From Lepidodermella squamata (Eukaryota > Animalia > Gastrotricha), in assembly GCA_047495785.1 (NCBI GenBank), contig JBLDXI010000007.1, positions 3,658,001 through 3,722,000 of the forward strand: DNA of 64,000 nt, written 5' to 3'. Made by a program: the position numbers and the translations under genes. Below are positions 1 through 12,086 of this stretch, one piece after another. Position 1 is the first letter of the stretch, and every line of letters begins with the position of its first letter. The notes under the pieces were generated by a model. The model was not told the DNA's origin and did no database searches. It saw only the letters and a list, made by a program, of their open reading frames with translations.

Positions 1-2340
1 CGGAAGTCGCGAGATTGGCTAGCAAAGTCCGGCCCGGTGCGGAAAACCGGCTCTTGAATGACGGCGCCATATCGCGAGAATGCGTCCTCTTGTTCGTCGT
101 AAACCATAGCCGGCTGAGTTGGGACGAAAGGAGTGGCAGGCTGATGGCGCTGGTAAGAACGAGCTCGAACTGGAGGCGAGAACCATGGTATCGAAGCGAT
201 TGAGTTGACCATTATACGCTTATAGCAGAAGCAATTGCAGTTCCTCTGGTACTTCCAGTACGAAAAGTTGACCACAGGCTTCGGTGCAAGCATAGGTTTC
301 ATACACTAATAAGGAAAATCTTAAAAATATGTATTCATTCACTCGCAACAAACCTCTCTGCCGCAGCCATTGAAACTAGGAACATGAAAAACATGAACAC
401 CAGAGGAAATCAATTAACAAATTAAGGATAGACGCTACACCCTAGCAACGGTTGCTAAAGGGATGAACTGAATTTACGGAATTTTCATCGGGCACGAGGC
501 CGAATTGCCATCTGAAGTAGAAAAAACGCCAATCTTAGGGTCCTTGGCAACCGTTGCTATGGTAAAGCGTCGCGTGGCGCCTTGTGGCCATTTTCCACCA
601 AATTGTCACAAATCACTTACCAGCACAAAGACAGCTCACCCATATTTCGCTGGCATTCGTAGTCCCGTCTGCAGCGTATCGCGCAAGACCCAGACTGGCC
701 TGGAACAACCGGCGGGCAACGTGGAGCCTGGGCGAACTCATCTGCCCGACCGTTCGCAATAGAAACAACAGGTGGTGGCTGTTTCGCGCAAGTCGGCCCC
801 ACAGTCCACGCAGCCCCAGTATCAGGGTTCGATTGGCACCGAACATGTGCTGGTCCAACCAGTCTATGCCCGGCCTGGCAGCCGTATTGGACGTAATCGT
901 TGATCTCAGCATGGGCGCCGTAAAACGTCTGCATAACGATAACAGCTTTGTCTGGGAGTAGCAAATCCTGCCTCGCACAAGTCCAGTAGTTAATGTATAC
1001 TAGACTCGTGGCGCTTGTAGCTAGGGTAGGAATCGCTGATGAAGATCTTCGAATTGAAACCGTGGTCCAATCTGAGGATTGGCTAATGGTAGAGGGCGAA
1101 GTCGAATCTGCGGCGGTTGTTGCCGTAGAAGGAGAAGTCATTCGCTTTGTCGTCCTTCTGAACCTTGTTGACCGCCTGGTTACACGCCGTTTTGTAGTTG
1201 TAGTCGTTGGTTTTGTAGTTGTTGTCCTGAGGCAAAAAATCATAAAAATCCAATTCGATACCAGGTATATTCAAACCGCGTAGTGGTGGTGGTTGTCGGA
1301 GTGGTTGTTGTAGTGGTCGTCGTTGTTGTTGTACTGTTATCAAACAGTTCTGTAGGACATTAACTTGAAGAAGCATTACATCTGCCTTCTCACCTGGCTG
1401 TAGTGGTAGTAGTTGTAGTCGGAATAGTGGTCCTGAGTCAATAAACTATTTCCTTGCACGAAGCTATAGGAGGTTTCAAACTAACGTTGTGGTTGTCGTT
1501 GGGCTAGTCGTAGTCGTCGTAGTCGTAGTCGATGTTGTTGTAGTGCTATACAATCATCACCATCAAATGAGCTTCCTTAGTAATCTAAAATATATAATTA
1601 ATTACCTAAGAGTAGTCGGGGCAGCTGTAGTCCTGGAAGCAAAAAGTCAAAATGATTAGGAAAATTTCAGGCTAAACTTGCGTTGTGACAGCTCTTGTGG
1701 TAGTAGTTGGCATCGTTGTTGTAGTAGTCATCGGATTCGTTGTTGTAGCTGCAGTGGTTGTAGTCGTTGTTGTAGGAGCCGTGGTAGTGGTAGTAGTTGG
1801 TCTGGTCGTTGTGACGGTTGTAGTAGGAATTTCCGTCGTAGTTCGGCGCATCCTACCCGGCCTCGGTGTTTCCATCGCCGTCAAATTCATCAGCTGTTCA
1901 ACGGTAACATTCGCCGATAAAATCGCCTGGAGTAACTCGGAAACGGTGGCGTTATCCATAGCATCAATTGTCACGTTCCATAATTCCGTAAAATTATTAT
2001 GCGCCATGTGTAACAGCCAAAGCGTTTGAGTGTGATTTGCCGAGTTCAGCAGTTTCGCGACCAAAGGTGTGTATAACTCAGTGTAATTCAGCCATGAGGA
2101 CTGATTGCTGATTTCATCCCAATCTGTGTCCCAATCCATTTCGGTATAATCGGAAGTTACGTTGTGAGTTACGTTCATCAAATGAGTAAATTCATCTGTT
2201 GTATTATGCAGCACGAGATCAGCCTGAGTGGTAGCTTCCGGGGTGGTCATATTCTGACCGTAAGTGAGATCCGAGAAAATTGAGAACGTGAAAATTAAAG
2301 AAAATGGGGTAGCCCATAGCAGCCTTCTCTCCAATTTCAT
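1..2340 (-). CDS. Secreted Thr-rich mucin-like protein with Sushi/CCP and WAP domains (3' end runs off the window)
   Basis: Exons (minus): 2340-1682, 1632-1606, 1545-1486, 1432-1394, 1333-1277, 1226-621, 375-354, 305-<1; phases join. Signal peptide (MKLERRLLWATPFSLIFTFSIFSDLTYG), many N-x-S/T sites, RMRR furin-like site, poly-Thr stalk, CCP motif (C..VQYGCQAGHRLVGPAHVRC..W..PTC) and 8-Cys WAP motif (CPPVVPGQSGSCAIRCRRDYEC..LCCFNGCGREC) completed across two small exons. Confidence 0.8.
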
Positions 2341-3306
2341 TGCTGAGTAGCAACAGTTTTCGGCGCCGCTGGACAAATTTTAGCTCGCAACACAAAAGAA
2401 GAGCGTTAATTGACTTGAACCAAGTTCCGGTAGATGACGTGTGCCGCATGTTGTTACTTAGTGAATAAACAACTGGCACTATCTCTGCTGTCATCTCATT
2501 TGTCATTTGTTTACACTTCAGATAATATACACACTTTGTCAGGCCGCGGTGCGAATGCATTTAGGAATCAAGATGTTTTGCAGTGCTAATAGCTTAGACG
2601 ACAGAAAACACAGGGCAAACCATGTTTTTTCGACATCGGGAAGCGAAATGTTTAAAAATATTCTCGCTGTGCGGCATCTGACAACTCAGCAAGGACATTT
2701 CAGCCCACGACATTGTGAATTTTTTGTTGTGAATATGTAATTCCGGGGCCAACCGTTTCACATCTACCTGAATTATGTGCCCATTTTCGCTGAAGGCTTC
2801 TTAACACACTGATTTTCTTATTCAATTGAGTTTTTGCTAGTTTTGCAATTTTTTACAAATGCACTTTGGTTTTTCTTCAAGACAAACAAAAAACAACTGT
2901 TTTTTAATTTGCACTCATGCGTTGCCATTTCGTCGCAGCACCTTTTCTAGTATTTTTACAATAATTCAATAATAAATAGCGTCCTTGAAGCAATTCATGC
3001 AATCAAATTTGGCTGCGTTGTTGTTGATGACAATGGATATGAGATCGTTATTTACGAACTCTGCAGCAAGAATCAATTATCATCCAGAATCATAATAAGG
3101 CAATACCCTTTTTTAAGAAATTCTTTTATTTGATTAAATTGCTGAGCTATGACAAGTGAATATTGGGAATCAGAAGAACTCGTGAGTCTCAACTATTTTC
3201 AATGTTTGCATCGGATCAAAAACCGTAAATTATTCATTGGAAAATTATTGAATTCTTCAGACCCAACTTTCACTTGTCGACGGCTTCTTAATATTTTTGG
3301 TTACAA

Positions 3307-4388
3307 CTACGCTTCTTGAGTAATTTCAACAGCGCTATTCACATTTGGCAGTTCACTTGCGCTCATGTTAGGCGCGGTTAGTCCAAGACTCGCGTCATGT
3401 GTACCCTGCGAGACCGGCATGAACACAGCAGAGTTGGCGCCAGTGACTGTCGTAGTAATCGCCGTCGACCGCCGCCAAGTCCGCCGGCTGCTCTCCATCG
3501 GCGACGGAAGGGTCCAAGTTGGGACCTCAGGAGCAAACATGCTTTTGACAAAAGTATCGTCATGAATTGTCCGCCGTTGTTGCTCCTTCGGCCGTAAGAA
3601 ATCGCGACGAGGTTCGATGTCACCGCGTAGAATTCCGTTGCACAGCGCTGCTTTTTCATTGGCGTAGATGTTGCCGAGAACGTGGGCTGATTGAGTCGCG
3701 GTTAGACCCACCTGACCCAGGCCGATTCTTTGAGCCCTCCGACCGCAAATGTTGAGGTCGAAAACAGGGTCAGGCACTGGATGCCGCTGGCTTCGAGATT
3801 CGCGGCAATGAGATGAGTTGTCATTGCCCAGCAAACGTTGTCGGGGTAAAACTGCGGATGGGTGGCATAAAGTTGCCGAGGAAGGTGATAGCGCCCATGG
3901 AGATTTGTCTGGTAATTTGAAAGGCGGTGGTGGCTTACTGAAAGGAACAATAGAAACTTTGAAAGGAAGTATTTTCGAGCAATTGAACAAAGAATTTTGG
4001 AAAAGGTTTATCTCTAAGTTTATCCGCAAAAATACCAGTCCGAAAAATGGGCTCTCGAATTCTCGCACCGGTCAAACTGTGGATTTTTGTGTGTGGAAAT
4101 AGTAGAAGCTTATTTGGGGAATTGAGAGTCAAAAGGGTTGTTTAAAGAGTGTTTGCGGGGAGTTCACAGAGAGACAATGGTGTTCTCTCAGAATTCCATA
4201 TGACTAACATCAAAACAAATTAAAAACCAACGGGCAAAACTGGTTTCGGAATTATTAAGCCTAAATTTCTCAATACTTCAAATTGAACAGGAATCGAAAG
4301 TGTTTAGGCTGAGAGCTAACCTTCTGAGGTAAACCGGCAAATGCTTGGACTGCCCAAGTTCGGTGAGATCCATCACCTGCAGCGGCAT
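3307..4388 (-). CDS. Two-exon gene, uncharacterised protein of about 232 aa
   Basis: Exon 1 4388-4321 (MPLQVMDLTELGQSKHLPVYLR, donor AG|GTTAG, phase 2) joins the acceptor TTTCAG at 3937 in frame with the 3307-4068 ORF. No family recognised. Confidence 0.6.
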
Positions 4389-5217
4389 CTTCCTAGTTTT
4401 CTTCGATTTTGTATTGATAACGATATCGAAACTAAGAGTTAGTTCGTGTGCCTTAATGCTAGCAAAATGCCCGTATTGCGAAGCTCACAGCATGGCCGCA
4501 CGTTTTAAGCGTCGCCTAGCAACGGCCTTGACACGCCGCGCTACCGCGACAAAAGCAATGCGGCGTGACCATTCATTCACTCGCCGCCTAACTAATAGCG
4601 CATTGCTCAATACTCACACCGGTCGTGCTCGGCTGCCAATAGCGTAGTAGTAGCATTAGTAGTATAGCTTGTTATGCTCAAAACTACACGCCGCATTGTA
4701 TTATACGTTTTTACTTGTGTTGAGTAATATATTTTCCTCTATTGTGACGAATTGAGCAGCAAAACAACATGCTTACAAGAATTTTAAGTAATATCGGAAG
4801 GCGTTAACTTGGCCAAAATGGGGAGACAAAAAACAAGGATACGTCTAGAAATGGGGCAAAAAACGGATTTTTGAAATGATTTCGATTATTTTCATAATTG
4901 TTCGTGCTGGCTCGATCTCCGACATGTTAACGAAAAGAAAAAAAATATATAAAATTGTAGCTTTATTTCATCGTAGGAATATAAAATAAAAGAAGCTGTA
5001 ACACAAATGCAATGCCGCGTGTATAAGTGGCACACAAATACCGGGCATATTAGAATTCATTCGAAGTGAAACCACCAGATACTTTCTCTCTCCATTATGC
5101 TGGGTTTTACCGAAAACCCTTTGAGGATCTCCGGCTTACGAAAAGATTGGCGCCTGAATCTCCAGATGCAGGCTGACTGAAAGACGTAGATCGCTCGTGC
5201 TGCAGTTCAAACCAGGG

Positions 5218-7071
5218 TTAGCGCGAGCTTGAATCGTTGTTATCACTGCTGCACGGCGAGCTCGGCAAGCAGTCTGATGATTGCACCTTGTTGCCTGCAG
5301 ACATTTTCAGAACATCGTCATACGACGGCGGTAGGCCTGTCATAGAATTTGTCTCAGGTTGTTCTGGTTCAGCTGGAGGCGTCGCGCCCGGAGGTGGGGG
5401 AGGGGGTAGCGGGGGTGGAGGATGCGACTGGTAAACTGTTGACACGTTACCAGGATTAGCAGATTGATACACGGTAACAAAGCTCTCTGAATCATCTTCA
5501 TGCTCGTCGACCGTTGTCAGCCTCAACTGCTGGCGTGATTCACTTTGCCGCATTGAGCGTAGGCTGGGAGGATTAGGAAGCGGGGTTGCTCGTACGGCAG
5601 ACGAGCTTGTTTGCCGGGAAGTCGACGGCACGTCCGCTATTGTGAAAACTACATTTGACGACCGAGTTGGCGGTGGATTAGCAGATCTGGGCTCGACAGC
5701 TGAAGCCCAACGTGCCGCCCGAGATGAAAGAAGCTGGTCAACAGGTGGCGCTGGCACCTCCTCAAAAACACTCCCTTCCACGGGAGATTTTCTCCGTGAC
5801 TTATGCCGGCTGACAAAGGTCGAATCTGGTGGTGGGGCTTTTCTATTAAAACGGCGACCAGTGCTAGGCCCAGGAACAGCAGGAATAATCTGGTCTTCAC
5901 TAGAGCTCGATCCGCGAAATTCTCCATCCGGACTTGGGCTCGGGGGCGGAGCTTCCTTATCCGACCTCAGTTTCATCCGTGACAGACGTCTCTTCAAAAA
6001 AATTGCGAATAACGCAATAAAAACGGCTAGGGTAAAAATTGTCCCAACAACAATGCCAGTGATCGTTAATGTATTCATTTGGTTCGAAGACGGGCGGGGA
6101 ACAGTTCCATTTTCCGCCGGACCTAAAATGTCCTCCAAAATTACGGGACCTCTCCTTGGCGTTGACGTAGTCGGAGATGTTGGGACAGACGTTGTAATTG
6201 TCGTAGTCGTGGTCGTAGTTGTTGTTGTTGATTGCGGTGTCGTAACTCGTTTTGTCGTCGAAGTTACAGGACTCCTTGAAGATTGATTAGGTGATGTCGT
6301 ATTTCGGCTAATCAAATCGTTCCAGAATGCTGGCAGCCTTTTCGGCTTCAACACGCCCACGCATTCGAAAACAAAGAAACGAGGACGTAGTTCCTCCTCA
6401 AAATACTCCGTGAAATTCGTGTACAAATAAATATCGCTCAGGCTGCTGAGGGTGCTTCGGAAAGCCTGAGCATCGAAGGGTAGATTATTGAAAAGGGCTG
6501 AAAAATCGGCGTGGACAATCTGCCGTTTTGCCCCTTGGGTAAAGTTCGTGTAAATTGGGAAGTAAGCCGAGTCGAAATCTGGTGGGCTGACTTTTAGTGG
6601 GTCAACTTCCGGTAGGTTAAGGTCGATACTTGACGGGTAAGCTCCACTCGAACCTAGCGTCATCATGGTTTTCAAAGGCAAGCAAGTTGCGTTCATGGAT
6701 GTAGCACTCGGGAAACAGCCGAGTTGAACAGTGCCTGCCAAACCTTGCCAGAAAGTTGGCTCGATGATGCGCAGTTGGATTGAAAAATTTCCGACTCGAC
6801 CTTCGTAAGGATTCTTTAATTGCTGGTCGAGTAGCAGCGAAACTCGCGGCTCCTCGGTAAAGGTGCATCTTTTAAAAGAATTATCGCTCGGCACTGAAAT
6901 TCCTAGGTAATAGGTCCATTTCGGCCCAGCTGAGTCCGGATCAAGAGTTGTTGCCTGGGTCGCATAAGAAGTTACGACTTGAAGCTGCTGGTCATTGTTA
7001 GCCGATGAAACAACGGCAACGACCCAGGTCAAATAAGCAAAAGGAGATCGGAAGCAGTTCAGTGGTAACAT
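5218..7071 (-). CDS. Single-exon type I membrane protein (617 aa) with Thr-rich stalk and Pro-rich PPxY tail
   Basis: Long ORF with N-terminal hydrophobic signal, Cys-containing ectodomain, poly-Thr stalk, TM segment ITGIVVGTIFTLAVFIALFAIFL followed by KRR, poly-Pro and LPPSYDDV. Confidence 0.8.
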   Translation of the reverse strand: MLPLNCFRSPFAYLTWVVAVVSSANNDQQLQVVTSYATQATTLDPDSAGPKWTYYLGISVPSDNSFKRCTFTEEPRVSLLLDQQLKNPYEGRVGNFSIQLRIIEPTFWQGLAGTVQLGCFPSATSMNATCLPLKTMMTLGSSGAYPSSIDLNLPEVDPLKVSPPDFDSAYFPIYTNFTQGAKRQIVHADFSALFNNLPFDAQAFRSTLSSLSDIYLYTNFTEYFEEELRPRFFVFECVGVLKPKRLPAFWNDLISRNTTSPNQSSRSPVTSTTKRVTTPQSTTTTTTTTTTITTSVPTSPTTSTPRRGPVILEDILGPAENGTVPRPSSNQMNTLTITGIVVGTIFTLAVFIALFAIFLKRRLSRMKLRSDKEAPPPSPSPDGEFRGSSSSEDQIIPAVPGPSTGRRFNRKAPPPDSTFVSRHKSRRKSPVEGSVFEEVPAPPVDQLLSSRAARWASAVEPRSANPPPTRSSNVVFTIADVPSTSRQTSSSAVRATPLPNPPSLRSMRQSESRQQLRLTTVDEHEDDSESFVTVYQSANPGNVSTVYQSHPPPPLPPPPPPGATPPAEPEQPETNSMTGLPPSYDDVLKMSAGNKVQSSDCLPSSPCSSDNNDSSSR

Positions 7072-7865
7072 TTAACATTGCTGTTGGTCCGAACAGTTTT
7101 AAAACATGAGTAATAACACATCTAAAGGTTAAACAAGTGTAAAGAATCGTGTTCGGGCATTGCAGCAAAGGTAAGGAAGTCGAACAAAATGCTATTATTC
7201 TTTCATGAAATTTCTTATTTTTTTAACTGTGTGAATCGTTATTTTCAACTTTTTAGGAGAAAAACCGCCCCTATACATGTGTGTATCGTGTGTTGAACAC
7301 AAAGGCCTATGACGCCTCCTCCTAGAATATGCTACATGCTGCCTCCATCATACGTCGCAGCCCGCGCTCCCCAAAAAGCACACATACACATATATACATA
7401 CTGCACACAGTAAATTCGTGATCATGCCACTGATGTTCAAGTTTTGAATGTGGCGCCACACGTTTGTGAATATGGTGGATTATAGGTGATCATCGCCCGT
7501 GACTGCGCTTTTCTTGCAGGAGGCGAGAGATGTCTTTTATTTTGTTATCAATTAACTTTCCACGACACGAGGTTTTATGCACGCATCTTGCTTCAGATTA
7601 GTATCTATTATAATAATTAGTTGAGCAATAATTATCAACATCCACTGCCGACAGGACAGTATGGTCTTTTGCCTAAGACGAAAACAATTAAAGAGCGAAT
7701 GTTCAGTTTGATATCAATTAATATATACTATTAATATATCTCCAACTGTTAGCACGGGAAGGCGCAAGAATGAAATGTCAAGATCATTCTCCAACCAAAA
7801 CTCTTACTCCCAGGGAATAATGGTGACATTCAATTACGACTGTCGGCCTTCGGCCTTTGACAGTT

Positions 7866-7972
7866 GACGGGGAACTCCCCGTTTTTTAAGCGGGCACTCA
7901 TATCCTCCTTGACGTACGCACCGAACGAACGAACGACGGAACACGGCCAACGACAACTGGGAGTTCCCCGTC
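7866..7972. repeat. Short inverted-repeat (MITE-like) element
   Basis: TGACGGGGAACTCCC near 7866 and its reverse complement GGGAGTTCCCCGTCA near 7958-7972; no clear TSD. Confidence 0.35.
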
Positions 7973-8515
7973 ACACGATTGATCGCGATTTACTTTTTTC
8001 ACAAGATCCACCGAGATCCACGAGTTTTTGTAGTTAGCGGAAAAATGGCAGTCAGCAAAGGTCTCAAAGCCAATTCAGCAAAGATTACTACTCGAAAATC
8101 GAAACGAATAGAACCTTGCCGATGATGCAATACTTTACTGGCGGTGTTTTCAGAGCTTCGGGCATATATTAATTATTATATTAAACGTTAATTTGGGATA
8201 TAGACCAGTTTTATTATCATCCGTTTGGATTTTATACCTTATTTCTGATTAGAATTATATGGAGAATTATTATATGGAGTACATACGATTAAAGCCATTT
8301 TTACGATTATGCATAAGCTAGTTAATCGTTACCACGATTTTAATGTCAGAAAAAAGCGAGAAGGGGTGATTAATTAGAGCCAAATCAAAGTCAAATCAAA
8401 TTTGGAAATGTGACACCACTGGAACTGAGGATTAAGCGTACGGTCCCCTAGTAAAATGCATAACTTCCAGTTCTCAAGTTTAATTTTCTGTGTCTTCATA
8501 AATTATTGCTTCTGT

Positions 8516-11500
8516 TTAATCCTGCATGCGACCCATGTTGAGCTCGCAGAAAAACCAGCGCCTCGTAATAGGCGATTTTGTGACCCACAGACCACTTGCA
8601 CTGACACTAGAGACAGTTGTCGAAAAGAGACCTCGCATGTTTGCCGTCGTTGTAGTAACGTTGGGGTTCCAGTTCGTGAAAGTCAGCGGATCACCAGATT
8701 CCCATGCCCATGTACCACCAGCATTCGTAAGACCAAGCCACGAATACTCTAGAGCCCCCTGGTCACGTCGACCTAAAGATTATATATTTACGCAATACTC
8801 TGAAAAGGGTGAGTATTGAGTTACGAGCAACAGAGCCGATATGCGAATGCATGAAGTACTGCTCTGAAACCGAGTTGATTTCCAACAACTGCCATCCATT
8901 CATTTGACAGATTGATTTCGCCTCATCGTAAGTTGCTGGGAGCGGGAAATGCTTGTAGCAACTCGCTTTGAATGAAATCTCGCACAACTCTTGCATAGCC
9001 ATCTGGCAAACTGGGCGGGCTGTCCACCACTTGCTGTAGGGGTACCAGTTGAAATCACCCGATTGGTCAGGATTCGGTCGCATAACCGCATAGCCCATGT
9101 ACAGGTCATTCAGCAGAGCCAACGTCGACGGTTCCCAATCAGATTCGGCTTTTTGGAATATAAGATCAGCGGATTAGTTAACGCAAAAATGGAAGACTTA
9201 CGGCACATTGGTATGGATGGACAAAGTGTTGGCACATTCGTTACCGAATCATAACACCACGGCTCAGGGAGGACACTCGGATCTGGGTTGCGGCAATAGT
9301 TGTGCGCCGTTGAATACTCCACAAAGAGCGAAGTGGATGAAGCAAATGGAGTGGTGCTCCATTGTTTGCATGAATTTCCGTTCACAGTTTGCGCGGCAAA
9401 ACCCGCAAATTCGCGGCCAGCCGGCGTGAAACGGCAGTTCATAGGCCAGTTGCTGTGGGCCGCTGAATAATTTTGTGTTTTTTGCTCGTGTTAATTGATA
9501 AGAAGCATTATGATATTTTATACTCACGGTATTCGCAATGAACGCCGTAATTAGTTGCATCAGTTTGCAGAACTTCACTATATGTCAGGCGGAGCCCTCC
9601 GCTTGCCGATTCAGAGATCCCACTCCCAGTCAAGGCCATGGCGTAGCCGGCAGTATTTAGGGCTGACCTGTGACAAGTAAAAGCACCTTCGCGAGAGATA
9701 AACTAGCAATCAAAGCATACGATGTGAATGGTATTGAATCGTTCAGGGGAATGCCGTAACTGGAAACATAAGCTGAAAAAGGTTACACGGATTAAATATG
9801 GCTGGTCTTGTTTCTTGAATACTACTTGAGCCATTGTAATATCCGCCAACCCAACCGTTTGTTACTACGCCGATTACTGCAGGTCCTGCCAAAGTATTTG
9901 TTTTGCGCTCACCATCTTCGGGGCTGAGATGGCACAATCCAAAGAACAGAATGCACATTTTCTGGCCCGTCTGTGTTTCCTCCGCGCGCGCGCTCCTATT
10001 GGTTGACGCGTAAATACACCTCGCTGCCATTATTGCGCAACAAATAATTGCAGCCTTCCTCGCGCGCGCAGCAAAATCTCAACGAAAAAGTCAAAAATTC
10101 AAAGTAACGGGGCATTAGGTGCTGATTGGCGTGGAGTGTATTTACTCCATTCCTCCATTCCGAAGGACTGAAAGCCGACATTTTCGTTGTTCGCGTTTTC
10201 ATAGGTATTTCAAGTTGAATTAAAATTTGAACAGAATTTTACAGAATTGTTCAACATGACGACGCGCGGGTATTTTAGGCTATTTTAGGCCCCAATTTCT
10301 AGCTTTTTAAAACTGAATAATTTTTCATGTAAAAGCGTGTTCTCCGAAAAAATCGCATTCTTTTAAATCAATATTTTTTAATGTTTGCAGCCGGTATTTT
10401 ATCGATAGGAACTGAAAAGGTAGAGGTTTATCAGATAAGGTAATGTGGGCCGCCACGATGCAGTCGTAATTTTTTGTCGATTATCAACAATACAGCCCGG
10501 CATTTTCTTCTCCTTTGACAAGCATGCAGCAGATTTGTCGCTTGTCTCGGACTTAGCGCGCTTGGGGGAGGCTATAATTATCTTAAATTGTGGCGCAACG
10601 AGCCCCAACCAAAAGGAGAGCGCGCGCGGAGGAAACACCGTAGGGCCGGACAATTTGCGGAAGGAATAAATAGCAAGGTGAGACTGGTTACATTGCCATG
10701 CGGGCTCCCATATCACGGCATTTGCCCTCCGCTTTGTCGTACACGTCTTTTGACAAAGGCCACGTATAACGAAAGCATACATCGCGATACCTTGTGAATT
10801 GTCCACAAGTATTTCCCGGAATCGAATCTAGCAAAACTTAGATTTACGAGTCAAGTAGCTAATTGTAATATTCCAGACCGTTAATTATATAAGTATCCGC
10901 TGTAACATTATTCCCGCTGCTGGTTCCACTGAAATATTTTGGCGTACACTGGTTTCCGGCGAATTCCACAGCGACACAGTTAAGCCGGCTTTTTAATAAT
11001 ATTCAGGGTGGACTATTCTTTGTTTTTAAGTTTTCTGATTTACCTCAGACATAGTTGCTTGCACTGATAAGCAGATGATACTGAGAACGGCGAACCAGGG
11101 AAGCTGTTTCCGGCAAATATTGTATCTGCAAGAATTGTCATTTTCGGGCGCCCAGCTATTGCGAATTTTCACAAGGAAATAGTAAAACACAAGAAAGCAT
11201 AAGGTCTTACTAATTTTGAGATAAGTCCAATTTTGCAACATCCCGGTGTAACCTATTCCAAACGTCGATTGTAAAAACCAACAATTTCGCGTCGATGCTC
11301 CCCAAACAAACCCGGTACATTGATCTTTCAAGCTACCGGAACAAATCGTCGCGCATTTTTCGGGATTATTGACATTTTGAAGAGAACGTTCAGTAATAAA
11401 AAAACGGGTGCTTGAAGGGCCACCGTAACCCTTTTTGTAGCCCGGTATTTCGTCGACTCTCCGGACCCAGTGAGACATAGTAAAACGGTAATAGCCAGTC

Positions 11501-12086
11501 CAGAAGATCTGGGAATTTAACGAGCCAAAGTTTGCGTCCAAAATGCTGTAGAGATTATCGCGTTGTTGCTTAGACTCAAACATGGCCAGCCGCGACATGA
11601 AACGCTTTTCGCAGGTATCCCAAGCATTGGCTCGATTTACGACTGCTGAATCAACAAAATAGCATTGCGAAGTTTCGTAATCCGGCATCCAACCAGGTGG
11701 GCAAAATTTGGCCTAAATTACGGCAATCTTAATTTAAGCACAAATTAGTTGCGTTCATTAGTTACCTTGTAGTACAGCTGATGACCTTGGTCGATATCTG
11801 AGACCAGGCTACCATTACCAGGTATGGGCGTAACCTGAGAGTCAGGATGCGAGAAAAGCTTGCAAGATTTTGACCTTTCACTGAATGCAAACGAGTCACA
11901 TTCTTCATAAGCATCGTTTTTGTAGCAAGCCAATACACATTCTGACAGCTTATTCGTCTTAATTGTTGCGTAAGCAGACACATTATAGGGTAGAACGTTC
12001 TTCAAGTGATCAGCAGTGCTCCAGGAATCGTCGATGGCGATGCATCCTTCTATCAGCGCAATGATTAGAAATATTACTCCTGCCAT
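8516..12086 (-). CDS. Secreted multidomain PAN/apple, C-type lectin-like and kringle protein (about 760 aa, 11 exons)
   Basis: Exons (minus): 12086-11766, 11712-11211, 11125-11044, 10988-10879, 10827-10692, 9923-9826, 9772-9721, 9667-9528, 9462-9202, 9148-8825, 8772-8516. All introns are GT-AG, phases are consistent, and the sum is 2283 nt. Signal peptide MAGVIFLIIALIEGCIA; PAN motifs (ECVLAC..CDSFAF..C); CTLD motifs (CPPGW..CYF, FWTG, WVGG, WLGL..W.W..G..L.FTNW); kringle (CKQW..HNYCRNPD..PWCY). Confidence 0.85.
9953..10658. mobile_element. Non-autonomous TIR element in intron 5 of the lectin gene
   Basis: About 53-bp imperfect inverted repeats (9953-10005 and 10606-10658; core GTGTTTCCTCCGCGCGCGC). 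The element explains why this intron is about 770 nt while the others are about 50-85 nt. Confidence 0.6.

Noticed and set aside
993-2029. Val-rich plus-strand ORFs resembling membrane proteins
   Set aside because: Reverse complement of poly-Thr codons in the mucin gene.
10399-10806. 135-aa ORF containing FWLG as a lectin exon
   Set aside because: The FWLG lies within the inverted repeat of an intronic element with no usable acceptor; the gene joins in frame without it.
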